Positions 25,666 to 39,419 of a stretch of 64,000 nt of DNA are shown piece by piece (the first letter of the stretch is position 1; each line of letters starts with the position of its first letter). Location of the stretch: NCBI RefSeq assembly GCF_006345805.1, contig NC_043021.1, forward strand, positions 17,918,001-17,982,000. The letters run 5' to 3'. The stretch is from Octopus sinensis (taxonomy: Eukaryota). Both the position numbers and the translations under genes were made by a program. The notes below the pieces were generated by a model that had not been told where the DNA came from, did no database searches, and saw nothing but the letters and a program-made list of their open reading frames with translations.

Positions 25666-25999
25666 TTTATATTGCCAAATATTTACAATTTATACAAATT
25701 GAAAGTAAAAAGACAGGAAAGTATTTTAAAACAGCTGATAAAAATCTTGTGTTGGTTACAATTATTTGAGTATAGTTATACAATAGTGTCCAGTGAAAAG
25801 GAAGCTAATGAAAAACTCATTCACAAGTGGCTATAGCAGATAAAAACCAGAGGTGTGTGACAGAGAAGTATCTATATAAAGAATTATGTCAATCTACTTT
25901 TTTTTAATATGGTTTATTTTGTGAGGATTTAAATTAAGGTTTTGGAATGAGTTTTCACTTATGGACCTTTAAAAAAATCTCATTATATTTTTTCGCCTA

Positions 26000-26630
26000 A
26001 CTGGCTCTCGTGCTGGTGGCATGTAAAAAGTACCCACAACACTCTTGGAGTGGCTTGTGTTAGGAAGGGCATCCAGCTGTAGAAACTTTACCAGATCAGA
26101 TTAGAGCCTGGTGCAGCTTTCTGGCTTGCCAGACCTCAGTCAAACCGTCCAACCCATGCCGGCATGGAAAGCAGATGTTAAACGACAACAATGATGATGA
26201 TGATTAAGAAATCTTTCATCTTATCTCTTTCACTTGTTTCAGTCACTTGACTGTGGCCATGCTGTGGCACTGTTTTGAATTTTTAGTCAAATGAATTAAC
26301 CCCAGCACTTATTTTTGTATAAATAAAATTCTTAGAATATTTTGTGCATTGTAGAATTATAAGCATTTATTGCTTGTGCTGGTGGCATGTAAAAGGCACC
26401 AACCGATTGTGGCCATTGCCAGCCTCCCCTGGCACCTGTGCCGGTGGCACATAAAAAGCACCCACTACACTCATGGAGTGGTTGGCGTTAGAAAGGGCAT
26501 CCAGCTGTAGAAACACTGCCAGATCAGACTGGAGCCTGGTACAGCCTCCTGGCTTCCCAGACCCCAGTCAAACCGTCCAACCCATGCTAGTATGGAAAAT
26601 GAACATTAAACGATGACGATGATGATGATG
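26000..26630 (+). mobile_element. Two family C RTE-tail elements (26000-26205, 26372-26630)
   Basis: Family similarity, (GAT)n tails. Confidence 0.8.
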
Positions 26631-27505
26631 AAATTTTAAAAAAAATCTTAGTTGGACCCTTAAGGGTCATGTGGGCCCTGGTTGAAAATCACTGATTTAA
26701 ACTATTCATTTATATAGAAGGAAGACTATGATCTTATCATTCCAGTTTCAGTCCTGTCACAGTCGCTGGAAACAAGTGGACAGAGATTCTACAACCATTC
26801 CAAAAAATTGCAGTTGGTTTTAATAACTCATTCCTTTGGAATTCCTCATCACTATAGCCAATAATTTGTGTGAATAGAAATTTCAGGAAAGAATGATTAG
26901 TTCTTTTCAGCAATTTATTCAGTAAATAAATAAACATATAAACAAACAAACAAACAAATTATCAGTGCTGTCAAATAATTAATTTAAAATGGCTTCCTTG
27001 AAACATCACGTCAATTACTCTAATGAAGTATTGTCCTAACATCCTCTGGAATAACCTTGATCAACCAACATTAGCTAAAATCTTTCTGTCATTAGTTGCT
27101 TGTTTTGGGGAAGGAAGAACTATGGTCAGAATTTCTAGGACATAACTATTATTTGCTAATGTTTAAGTTGAAAGAGAATCTGATAAGCAGTTGAAGAATT
27201 GGTCGCTTGTGTCTGGCATTGCTACTGCTGCTCTTTGGTCATAATTAAGCCACTTAGTCACTCAATAGTCCAATCCAGAAGACTGTGATCAATTCATTTT
27301 GTTGTAATGAGCCTTGCAATGCGGAATTCAACTCAAATAGCTTTGAATGTAGGAGAATCTTTGTCAGGATGAAATAAGTTTCAATTCCTTTTACCATTAT
27401 GTGCACAAGTGTTGCTGAGTGGTTAAGAAGTTGGCTTCCAATCATGTGATCTCAGGTTCAGTTGCATTGCATAGCAGTGGGACAACAGCACCTTGGACAA
27501 GTGTC

Positions 27506-27650
27506 GGATCTTTTCCTTTTGAACGGCACACAATTTCTAGTTAACTAAACACTTTAAAACTTCGTATACTGGTAGAATGTGTCAAAATAAAACATGTGTT
27601 TAGTTAACTAGAAATTGTGTTGACATATGCCGTTCAAAAGGAAAAGATCC
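27506..27650. mobile_element. 145-bp MITE related to the 9166 family, inserted in a family A SINE
   Basis: TIR GGATCTTTTCCTTTTGAACGGCA; perfect 8-bp TSD CAAGTGTC at 27498-27505 and 27651-27658. Confidence 0.9.
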
Positions 27651-28891
27651 CAAGTGTCTTCTACTATAGCTCAGGCCAACCAAAGCCAAGCCTTTTGAGT
27701 GTATTTGGTAGATATGTGTGTGTTTATGTGTGCCCTTATTTTGAGATCAGGTGGTGGTCGTAAAAGAGCATTACCATTGTACAAGTGATGTACATTTTCA
27801 GTCATTTGTGAAAAAACAATCTGTTATTGTGGAAATATTATCTTTCTTGTTAACAGATGACGATTGTCAACAGGGAGGGCAAACAGTTATCTACCCCAAC
27901 AAATTTCGTCTGACCCATGTAAACATGGGAAAGTGGACATTAAATGATGATTACTGAATTCAATATAGTACGCAATCTCCCAAGAGATATTCTGACTCAC
28001 GGATCATTCTGGTTTGAAAAGAGTGTGATGGCATGCACGGTGCTGACAATGGATTGATCTGATTACCTAAAATTACAAAAAAAAAACAACAACAAAAACC
28101 CTTCAATTTGTAAAGGTTTCTAACATTTTACTATTTAATTTTCAGAAATTTTTGCAGTAGACGTTAAAACCTACATCTGTGTAGAAAATGTAAATGAAAT
28201 CGGAAGAGATTGTTCAAACCGAAAAATTCACGGTTCATTGAGAAGATACGATCATGTTTGGCCGATTCTTCAAGTGAATAAATGTGAGATATCGAAGTAG
28301 TATTTCTTTTAAATAATACTGACAACGTCACCATGTATTTGATTCTGTACATATAATTCGCTGGTGCCATGGACATGTCTCTTTGAATGGGTTTAAATGT
28401 AAGAGGTACATACTGAAGCTTTTACGAGAACCTTTATTACTCTTTATCTCGACCACTGTCAGGTCCAAGCACGGTTTATACCTTTTTCTCTGCTGTGGAG
28501 AGCTACACAACGGGGCAACTAACACTGGAGTTGTTTCCCCTGATTCCATGTTCCTGTCGGCGCAATAGAAATGTTGTAACATGGAAATTGGTTTCTTAAG
28601 GTTGCAAGCATAGCTTTCAAATCGTTCCTTGCCCTTGAGAAAGCAATGAGGAATCTGTTCCGTGTTATTTCTTCGTGAAACCCGCAATTCTACGCCCACA
28701 TCTAGGACAGTGCTATTACTATACATACAAGTATCTTAGACCTCATAAAAAATTCGAACTTTGTACATTTAATATAGCAAAGAAAAAAACTGCATTGAGA
28801 GAAAGTGGAAAGAAACTAATTGTCATCGTATGTGTGCATACTTATATGCAGTATGTTGTGGTGCACCTGAGCACTGTATACAATAATTTCC

Positions 28892-28950
<59 letters not shown>

Positions 28951-29725
28951 ATAATATGTGTGTTGTGTGGGAAAGTTGATTTCGTATTTTCCCCCTGTTA
29001 TCCTTTGCCGCGAAAAAGCCCCATTTAATCATTTTAAAATAGAAAATTACTAAAATAAAATAAAATCAGCTGCATTTTTATGATCACTACCTTTAATATC
29101 GATTGTTGACGATTAACGGCAGTAATCGAACTGCTTGATTTCATTCTGCGTCCACCATATTATACGTACAAATTTCGAAAGATCGTCAAAATTTCAGTTC
29201 ACTGATTTTGATGGACCTCTTGCCCACAAACGTGCTGTTTCATCACTCTACCCTTCATACACTATTACAATAACTTCTATTCCACACACATGGGTTGATC
29301 TAGTTTCTACGTTCATTTCGATTCTTCTGACTTGCAATCTTCTCATCAACTACATTGTGTCCGCTCTTCCGGGCCTTGCGCTAATCACTTCAAGTCCCTC
29401 ACTTCCCTCTAGAATTCTCTTTCTGTCCGTGTTTCTTGGTAGCCGTCAACTTGCAGTCGTTCAAGAAGTTCAGCCACATCTATTTCACCAGTGTGGAAAT
29501 TAAGTGAGGATCCGTGAAAGCAATAAATAAATAGATATGAATTTTTCAGCAGTATTTTGTCCTCTTAGTATATGTATCAATTACATCTGAGTAACAATAG
29601 GGTCAACGGTGTGCATAAACTCCTTTTCAGAAAGTTGTTAGGATTCCGATATTTCGAAAAATTGATCTTGATTGTTTCTGAGAAAGCAAACCATGAGTAA
29701 TTGCTCCAATAGTTTTATTCCATCA

Positions 29726-30095
29726 CTAGCAGTATCGCCCGGCGTTGTTCGGGTTTGTTCCGACCCCTTAGAATTGGAATTTTTGAAAAGTAAAAATTTA
29801 GCATTATGTAGCTTGTTATTCTCTTTACGTGAACATTTTTCTGGTTGAAATACACCGAAAAATGGCGACACAGCAGTAAAAAAATCGTAAAAAATTGGGA
29901 TTTTCATAGAAAAAAAAGCACCTTTTTGATGTAAATAATTTTTGGTGTTAACATGGTCCAATTTGGTGTTAACATGGTCCAATTTGAAGAGCAAGCCTTC
30001 TTCTATCATACTCTCAATTTTGGTCAACTTGTGCCGCAGGGTCTCGGAGGAGATAGTGTTAGTTGAAGGCTACCAAACCTTGATTTTTTATTATC
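29726..30095 (-). mobile_element. Non-autonomous Helitron-like element (3' end at 29726; 5' end approximate)
   Basis: Minus strand ends with GC hairpin CCCGAACAACGCCGGG then CGATACTGCTAG|T, the Helitron hairpin+CTRR|T signature. Confidence 0.65.
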
Positions 30096-31876
30096 CATAA
30101 GGACACACATAGAATGGACGACACAATCACGGATGATTTTACATATAAAGCGCAAGAGTCATCTCTATCTTTCATTCTTCTAGGGATCTTATAATTTCCA
30201 AGAATATCAATTTGACGGAATCGGTAGAACGCTGTGGTAAAGCTTACTTTTATCTTCCTGGTTTGAGGAGTTACCCGTAAATGTAGTGAAAGCGATCCTA
30301 TACTCTTACCTTTATGCATATAGAACATAAATAATTTTTTATTTAAAAAAAATCGCCGTAGTAATCTCTGTAAAAGAGAAATGTTCTCAAAGACCTAAGT
30401 TTGCGAACCTAGTTCCGATTCTTCATTAACACCACTCTACTTTCTAGTCTGGAAAGTGGCAACTGTCTAGAATTTATAATTCTCCTCTCTTAAACCCACC
30501 AGACTGCCTGCCTGCTTATTGAACAAAAATATTATGCATAATTCTGACAGTTGGCACGATCAGATTTATATGACATTGTGCACAGAACAACGGGGAAGCG
30601 ACTTCAACACACAAAAATTCCGAGAGTACATTGATCTAAGTGTGGAAAAGAACAAACAAAAGAATAACAAACAGAAATTTATTTCTTTGATGTTACATGC
30701 AGCCATATATTACCAACAATTACATTGAAGGAAGTAATTTCGTATCTCCTGAGAATTACTTTAAAAATGTTAGGAATTCTTATTGCTGCTAAGTAGATAT
30801 TAAAAAAAACAAAAAAAACCCAGAATCTGAAGAAACTAGGACGAAAATTAGAAAGAAGGAGAACTATAAGTTTCAGTCTACAAAGTAGTAGAAATATAAA
30901 TTTCAATCCTATCAAATATTTAATGTAAATCGTTATTATGAATTATCCAATTTTCAGATTTGAATAATTTTGTATGCGAGGGGTGGGGGTGGGCATTAGT
31001 TCTAGTGTTTCGGATAGGATTCTTAGTAGCGGGGGATGAATCCCCAAAAACAACAACTAGGCAGCCCCTGTATTTCCTCTCCTAAGAAGGTCCATGTTCG
31101 AAGCGCGAAGTTACGACTCCCCCCTCACCACTACATAACTTATACAAATCTGCGAACTTTGCTATTTGTATTAATGTTTCACAGTAAATTTTGATAATAC
31201 TCATATCTGTTTCCATTGGAAATATACACCAAAACTGTTTGTACCAAATCTAAAAGTCTATCAGAAAATATTTATATTAAAATGATAAAACTTCATTATG
31301 TCTAATTATTTGTTGGCGAGTCTCGCTCTATCGAATGGCAGACGACAGGAAGAGGAGAGACAATTACAAATGACAAGTGCGTAAATGTCGATAAATTCCA
31401 ACAACTTTGCTTGAAAGTATTATAGATTTATCGAGTGTATCTATTTATGTTGTTATTTGTATTTCTTTTTATTCTTTCTTCCATAAGTTTAAAAGCTTCG
31501 TCTTCCATAATAAACCCGTTACAGCTGTTCAGGCAGACGACACAAGTAGCAGAAAGCAGTTTAACTGGTGATGTCGTAACTGCTAGTGTTCACACTTCTG
31601 CTTCAAACAGTCGTTTAAAGCAGAAAATAGTAAAAAAGCAAAACACCACACGAGCCTTTAAAACCGAACAGTCACTTATATGCGTAGATTTTTGCTATTT
31701 AATTCTGTACAACGAATTTTTGGAAGAAATGAAAGCCGAAAAAAATTATCATCTGACTTTCTAACGACATTGAATGAATTCATTGACGGCAGTTGAACCT
31801 TAGCCGTAAAGGCGAAGTTATCGTGAAGCGGCTGAGACTTAACAAAACAAGCTGGATGGTTTGAAAAGTGGCAAAC

Positions 31877-31941
31877 ATGCCGGTATTTCTATGGATGTCC
31901 GGTATTGTTATCATCCTCCTCACCCTCTGGATACTCACCAG
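31877..31941 (+). CDS. Candidate first coding exon of an unidentified host gene (signal peptide or membrane anchor)
   Basis: GCAAAC-ATG context; MPVFLWMSGIVIILLTLWILT(R); CAG|GTCAGT phase-2 donor; CpG-richer, repeat-free surroundings; no downstream exon identified. Confidence 0.4.
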
Positions 31942-34309
31942 GTCAGTCCTTCTCACTCAACACTTCTTTATTCGTTTGTTATTCGTTGTTGATGTTATTT
32001 GTTATTTATTATTCTACACCCAACAACATCACAGCTTTCTGTTTATTGCAAATGGATGTTAGATAATGCGATGCTTCTGCCGTTGTTTTTTAAATAAAAT
32101 TCACTAAATACGAAGATTTAAAGTCGGTGTGTCGTGAAAGAGGGGTGAGTTTTTGCATTTGGAGACGGTGAGGGCTTCCTCCTTCCTTCGGAAAAGAACT
32201 GGAAGAATGGGAAGTTTCCAAGTAGGGCCTCAGCTCAAAACCTCAAAACCCGCCTCTATAAACTCAGCTCATTTTGCAAATTCTGTCAATTAATTTTCAG
32301 CCGAAACCTATAATTCTTAGTTTCTCTCGGACTCTAGTGTTTTATTTTAACCAATTCCAAACAAACCTACCTGCTAACCTCTAAAGAAGAACCGTGTCCC
32401 AAACGTGAAACCTATCTCCACAAACCCGTCTTATTATTTTAATAATTTCATTAAATGTTTTTTCTATTTCTTTTCGACACAGGCTATAACGAATTTCCTC
32501 ACAGTCTAATATTTCCCCCTTAACTTTTGACAAACCTGTAATTTATTTAATTAGATAAGAGAGAGGGGCCCTACCTCGGAACTTCAGAAATGCACCTCGC
32601 CTCATAAGACTACGAGGCTAGCTAACCAGGGAGGCTTCTTCGTGGTTCATCCAAAATGCTGGATATAACAGTCAAAATATCTTACTGTCATAAATAAAGA
32701 ATGCATTAGACAACATAATGCTCGATATACTAGAAGACGGGATGGTCACATCTAGTACGCCTTTAGTCATGTTCGTTTGTCCAGGGCTGACTCGAGGCTA
32801 AACAATAAACAACATAGAAACTTATCTTATTTTACCATGTTTTTTTTTGTTATTTAAGACGATATAAAGCATCATTAGTTTTCTCAAATATGTCCTTTTC
32901 CTTAACCAATTACCTACCTATCAAACTAATTAAACTCATTAACAATGAAGGGCCATGTAAACGAAACGTCATCGCCCATCATTTCTTATCTTATTCAATT
33001 TCAAGTGTTTTCTCCTGACACAACATATCTCTGTTTCTTTTTTATGTTATTTTTTTATTAATAGGAGTTCCAATTACAAAGAAATATCTTTATTTACAAA
33101 TCCCCATTTTTAATTGATGTTCACATTCTAGAAATTACCACAATTCTTTCTCTCCAAGTGATTCTATTACCAAACCCATCCGAGACAACCCCTATTCCCA
33201 AAGACACAAAACTGGGTCCATTTTTTTCTCTAAAGTGTTCATAATTTAAATTAAAAACCCTCCGACATAAATATTTATGTAAAGAGGCTCTTTGTTAATT
33301 CATAACGAAAAAGTAATTTTCATTAAATTCCTGAAAATTCTTAATTATTTTCGAAACTGAAACATAGACCGGTGTCTTTCTTTTGAAATAGTCACGAAAG
33401 GTGAACCAACAAAAGTAGTCTCTGCACCGTTGCTCGACTTCCTAGAAACAGTAGCTAAATTTCACTTAAATCACACCCTATCGTCTCAAAAAAAAAAAAA
33501 ATGGGACACAAATTTAAGTATGTTATGCTGAAAAAAATATGGGATGGTCATGATGGGAATGCTTTGTGTCATAGGTATGTTTGCTCTACCAAAGATAATG
33601 AAAACTACCAACGTAATATCTTATTCTTTTTTTTTCTTCCAAGTTTTTTTTATTCACTGTTGGTAACTCTCTTCAAATATTTGTTATTATTATTAAGAAA
33701 TAATAATGATAATAATAATAATTGATTTGTGGAGTTTTGCCGAACAGCTGTTGTTGCATATATCATGGATCCGGCTATTAACCAAGTCCGTCATGAAGAC
33801 ACCCCTACCATCTTCATTTGGTTAGGAAGGGTAGGCAGTTTTCCCCTGCTTGGTTACTTTGGTAAGAAGTTGTGTAGTGTGCACAATGAAAGGACTGGAG
33901 ACACAATTTCTTTGTGGATTAAACACTTATCGACTTCTTCTTAAGTTGCACCTGTAGAGGTGAAAAGTGAGGGTCAAGATGCAGGTGGGTACCCTTCAGT
34001 AAATTTGTTGAAAAGTGAGTAAAGAAGGCCTAAATGAATGAGCCTACTCTCAGCATGTGTCTATTGGACCAACGTATGACAGCTAGGGTATAGGACTTGC
34101 CCTTGGTAGTCAGGGTAATTGTGGATCTGCAGGGTTTTTTGATTGCCCCCCTCCCCTCCGGGTAGTTTGTTCTGCTTTTAGGACTCCAGCACATATATTT
34201 GCATATTGTATATATCATATTTTCTCTTCATTCTGCCTATATATATATGGGCTTTCCTTTTTGTAACTAGTCTTTGTAATGTTGCTCTTCATCTATCATC
34301 CTTGTCATC

Positions 34310-34780
34310 ATCATCATCATCGTTTAGCGTCCGTTTTCCATGCTAGCATGGGTTGGACGGTTCAACTTGGGTCTGTGAAGCCGGGAGGCTTCATCAGGCC
34401 TAGTCAGATCTGGCAGTGTTTCTACGGCTGGATGCCCTTCCTAACGCCAACCACTCCATGAGTGTAGTGGGTGCTTTTTACGTGCCACCTGCACAGGTGC
34501 CAGACAGAGCTGGCAAACGGCCACAAACGGATGGTGCTTTTTATGTGCCACCGGCACAGGGGCCAGGCGAGGCTGGCAACGGTCACGAACGGATGGTGCT
34601 TTTTACATGCCACCGGCACGAGGCCAGTCGGGGTGGCGCTGGCAATGGTCACGAACGGATGGTTCTCTTACATGCCACCGGCACTGGTAACACATCTGCA
34701 ATTTCCATTGATCGATTTCGATTCTGATCCTCACTTGCCTCAACAGGTCTTCACAAGTAGAGTTTTGTGTCCCAAGAAGG
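34310..34780 (-). mobile_element. Family C RTE-tail element with internal tandem repeats
   Basis: Family similarity; repeated GGTGCTTTTTACGTGCCACC units. Confidence 0.8.
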
Positions 34781-35419
34781 GAACAATAAAGGAAATATTA
34801 ACAGGGTGGTGGACTGTCAGAATTGGCAGAGCAGCTGTGGAAACGCCTTGTGGTATTCACTCATATTCCTTTACATTCTAAGTTCAAATCCCATCATAGT
34901 TAACTTTTCATCCCTATAGGGCCTGATAAAATAAGTACCAGTCATGTATTAAGAATGGGTATACTCGTCTGTAACTGCTCCCTTAAATGTGAGGCCTTGG
35001 GCCTGTTAGATACACTTATTTTTGACTTCTATCACTGGTACAGATTTTAAGGACTTTATAAAATCAAACAAAGTTGATCCCTCTGTGAACATGGTGGCCC
35101 AAAACTATATGCAATAAGGTGTAAGGTATTTTAAACATGTCCACCCCCTTTTTTATTTATATAATGGACCCTGACTTTGAAGGGTGTGTTTTAACTCTGC
35201 CTAGAAAGGACCAACTTCATATTACCAGCTGTTTTATATGTTTATGCACAGATACACATATATGGTACACACATAAGATATTATATGCTTAAGGGGTGGA
35301 TATTGTATATTAATTTTTACGGCACCTCCACCTCATTATGTTTCCCTCTATGGCCTGGTTTGGGTCTATAATTGCCCTTCCTACTCTGGATTTTTAAAGT
35401 GATCTGTTGTTATTCATTA

Positions 35420-35818
35420 ATTCTTTACTTGTTTCAGTCATTTGACCGTGACCATGCAAGAGTACCACCTTGAAGGGTTTTAGTTGAACAAATTGATCCC
35501 AGGACTTATTCTTTGTAAACCTAGTACTTATTCTATCGGTCTCTTTTGTTGAACTGCTAAGTTACAGGGATGTAAACACACTACCTTTAATTGTCAAGCG
35601 ATGATGCAAGGACAGACACAAAAGACACACATAAATATATACATATATATATGACGGGCTTCTTTCAGTTTCTATCTACCAAATCCACTCACAAGGCTTA
35701 GGTTGGCCCAAGTCTATAGTAGAAGACACTTGCTCAAAGTGTGATGCAGTGGAACTGAACCCAGAACCATGTGGTTGTGAAGCAAGCTTCTTACCACACA
35801 GCCATGTCTGCGCCTACA
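35420..35818 (-). mobile_element. Family A SINE
   Basis: Family similarity. Confidence 0.8.
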
Positions 35819-36448
35819 TTATTTTAAAAATACAGTTAAATCAGTTAAAAATACTGCATTCTTTCTAACTGGTTTTAAAACTGATTTCATAAATAATAGT
35901 TTATAATTCACACACATGGACAAAGAAAATTAAGTAATGTATTTGAGAAGCATATTAAGAAGGTATAGTTCTGTTGGGCATTATGTGAACACCTTGATAT
36001 GGATACACGTACATACGGATTGATATATCTATCAATCTCATTAAGCTTGCCAGTTCTGGTTTCCTTCAATGAGATCCTATACACACTACAGGCACTGCTC
36101 TTACTTTCATGCTGACATCAAGTTACATCTCAGTCTATGTTCATGTCTTTCCTACAGGTATCAGGGAACAAGTCGGCACTGATACTGTATGTATCAATCT
36201 AAGAAGTAAAAGAGGATCTGCAAAAACCATAGCTGCTGTCCCTTTTCTATTTGAATTGCATATACTTATACATATCATCGTCCTTGTTGTTTAATGCTGG
36301 CATGGATTGGACAGTTTGACAGGAGCCAGCCAGGTAGAAGACTACCCCAGACAACTGTGTCTGTTTTGACATGGTTTTTATGGTTGAGTGCCCTTCCTAA
36401 CACCAACCTACCCGTAGAGAGGATTGGGTGCTTTTTACGTGGCACTAA

Positions 36449-37650
36449 TTAATCAATAATGTATTCACCCTTGTTGTTTACTACTTCTTCCCAATGTTCA
36501 ACAAGATTTTCAATACCTTGTTGGTAGAAACCACCCGATTTCGACTCAAAAAATTGATCCAACCAAGCTCTCAACTGTGCATCAGTATTGAACGAAACTC
36601 TGCACATAGCATTTGAAAGAGATCGAAAGAGGTGGAAATCCATTGGTGCCAAATCAGGAGAGTACGGCGGGTGTGGCAGCACTTCCCAGCCATGCGTTTG
36701 AATGGCTTCCTTGGTCATATTGGCGATATGAGGGCGGGTGTTGTCATGCAGCTGAAGAACTCTATGCTGCTGATGATGTCTTTTCTCTTGAATAGCTGTG
36801 TTGAGTCGTTCATAGAGTTCCACGTTGACTGTTTGGTTCCGTTCAGGCAATTCATAATGGATAATCCCTTCCCAGTTCCACCATATGCACAAGATTGTTT
36901 TTCGCAGATGAAGATCTTGTTTCACACACGGTGTCGCTTGTTTACCGGGCTAAGCCATTCCTTACGCTGCTTCATATTGATGTACAGGCACCATTTTTCG
37001 TCGGCAGTAATGATTCGGTAAAGAAATTGTTGCTTGTGTCCATGAATTGAGCGGTGACGAGCAAGCAAACCAGCGGAGATTGTGGCTCATTGATTTTTGT
37101 TGTTGTCACTTAAAGCATACAGAACCCATGCTCCATACTTCTGAACCTTTCCCATCGAGTGAAGATGCTCTCTATAACAGTGTGGGAGCAGTCCATTTTC
37201 TCTGCCAGTTCCCTTGTTGTTTGACGAGAATTTTCATGTAAAAGTTGGTTTAATCGCTCTGCATTGAAATCAACTGGACGACCAGAACGAGGTGCGTCTT
37301 TGAGGTCAAAATTTCCATTTTTGAACTTGGCATACCAATCATGAGTGGTTCTTTCAGCTATGGCACCCTCTCCATACACAGCACAAATGTTGCGAGCAGC
37401 TTTTGCAGCCTTTGAACCTTGATTAAAAGCAAAAAGAAGGAGGTGTCGAAAATGTTCGTTTTTCTTAACTTGACATTCCATTTTAATGATCTGAAAATAA
37501 ACAAAAATTAACAAGCAAAAAAAACAAAAAAACAAAATAGATTCTAAAATGATTCCAAAATAGAATTCTCGAAAAAAACAGATTCCAAAATTTAAAAATG
37601 CAATAAATTCCAATATTTACAAAACAGTGGGTACTTGGTTGCCAACCCAA
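36449..37650 (-). mobile_element. Mariner (DD34D) transposon with frameshifted transposase (ATG 37481 to stop 36449); 3' TIR missing
   Basis: TA|TTGGGTTGGCAACCAAGTAC TIR; HTH region FKNGNFDLKDAPRSGRP; catalytic motifs ITADEKW, LHDNTRPH, PYSPDLAPMDFHLF. Confidence 0.92.
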
Positions 37651-38424
37651 TACATAGTTTAGGAAGAGTCAACTCCGAAAGGATTTGAACTCAGAAAAGA
37701 ATGAAACTACTCATTTTATTCAATGATCTGCTGTTTCTTCCATCTACTTCCATTCAAAAATCTGTTGAAAATGAATTATTTTACCATGGAAATTAGTTTT
37801 TGCGCCCCCCTCTGCCTCATTTGGGAAACAGCTTGATAATTGCTTCTGAATTAGGTAGGTACAAGGCCAAGCAATTTTTAGGGGAGAAATTTAGCCACTA
37901 CTACTGATCCCCAGTACTTGACTAGTACTTTATTTTATTGACCCTTGTGTGATGTAAAGCAAAGGTGATGTTGGTAGGATTTAGATGTAAAGAGTTAGAA
38001 AAAATACCATGTGATTTTTTTTTTTCCTTGTTGCACAAATGAAATGTTTCAAATTTTTCTCTGATACCAGTGTCATTGTGTGACCATATATGGACTGACA
38101 ATAGTCTCTGGCATCAATTCAGTCAGTGATTCAAATAACAAAAGATTACTTATATATCATCATCATCATCATCATTGTTTAATGTCCATTTTCCGTGCTG
38201 GCATGGGCTGGATGGTTTGACTGAGGCCTGGAAAGCCAGCGGCTGCACCAGGCTCCAATCTCATCTGGCAATGTTTCTACAGCTGGATGCCCTTCCTAAT
38301 GCCAACACTCTGAAAGTGTAAGTGGGTGCTTTTTATGTGCCACCAGCACAGGAGCCAGTGAGGTGGCCCTGGTATCGATTACGTTTGGATAGTGCTTTTT
38401 ATGTGCCACCAGCACGGGAAACAG

Positions 38425-38728
38425 TCACCTAGAAAGTTCCCCTCCAAGGCACAAGTCTGCTCAAAGTTGTTTATGAAAGACCAGCAGTCCTCCATGCATA
38501 CAAACCTCCCCTCTCCATGCCACTGATGTTATCCAAGGGAAAGGCAAAGGGGCCGATACAGCTTGAAACCAGTGATGTTGCAACTCATTTCTACAGGTGA
38601 GTGAATTGGCGCAACATGAAATAAAGTGTCTTGCTCAAGAACACAATACACGGTCTGATCTGGGAATCGAACTCACTACCTCTTGATTGTGAACCTGATG
38701 CTCTAACCACTGAGTCATGCACCTTTCA
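38425..38728 (-). mobile_element. tRNA-derived SINE with family D-type head
   Basis: Minus head CATGACTCAGTGGTTAGAGC...GAGTTCGATTCCCAGA; related to 59040-59308 and 61659-62050. Confidence 0.7.
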
Positions 38729-38750
38729 CACACACACACATATATATGTG

Positions 38751-38782
<32 letters not shown>

Positions 38783-38796
38783 ATATATTATATATA

Positions 38797-38992
38797 AAGT
38801 TAATCCAAACAAGAACAAAAAGACAACAACGCGAGGATGTGGAACAAATAAAGTATTATTGGACGCTCAGGAAAGAAGGAGGGTATGACGTTTCGAGCGG
38901 AGCTCTTCGTCGGAAACATAGGAGAAAGAAAGATCCCGAGGCAGGAGGACAGAGGGAAAAAGAAAATTGCAGGTAGTCTTCACGAGGTCACA
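38797..38992 (-). mobile_element. Short ORF-less hammerhead-bearing repeat in (TA)n
   Basis: Minus 38883-38917: GTTT-CCGACGA-A-GAGCtccGCTC-GAAA-CG-TC-ATAC (GUC triplet). Confidence 0.65.
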
Positions 38993-39004
38993 CATATATA
39001 TATA

Positions 39005-39392
39005 TCGGTGCATGTATGGCTGTGTGATAACAAGTTTGCTTCCGAACCACATGGTTTCAGGTTCAGTCCCACTGTATGACATCTTGGGCAATTGTCTTCT
39101 ATTATAGCCTCAAGCCAGCTCAAGCCTTGCAAGTGGATTTGGTAGATGGAAACACTGAAAGAAGCCTGTCACATATGTATGTGTGTGTGTCTGTGTTTGT
39201 CGTCCACCACTGTTTGACTACTGGTGCTGGTGTGCTTACATCCCCATAACTTAGCAGTTAGGCAAAAAAGATCAATAGAGTAAGTGCAAGGTTTAAAATA
39301 ATAAAGTATTGGACTCAATTCATTCGACTAAAAATTCTTCGAGGCAGTGGCCCAGCATGGTAGCAGTCCAATGACTGAAACAAGTAAAAGAT
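39005..39392 (+). mobile_element. Family A SINE
   Basis: Family similarity. Confidence 0.8.
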
Positions 39393-39419
39393 ATATATAT
39401 CTATCTGTCTGTCTGTCTA

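Noticed and set aside
28164-29503. ORFs 28164-28376, 28328-28726 and 29135-29503 as protein-coding genes
   Set aside because: No recognisable motif and no consistent splice frame; kept only as part of the candidate 5' island
29638-30027. 129-aa ORF
   Set aside because: Runs through a non-autonomous Helitron-like repeat; its KLDHVNT repeat is a small tandem duplication
36449-37613. Domesticated SETMAR-like gene or active transposase
   Set aside because: Frameshifts, no SET domain, one TIR missing
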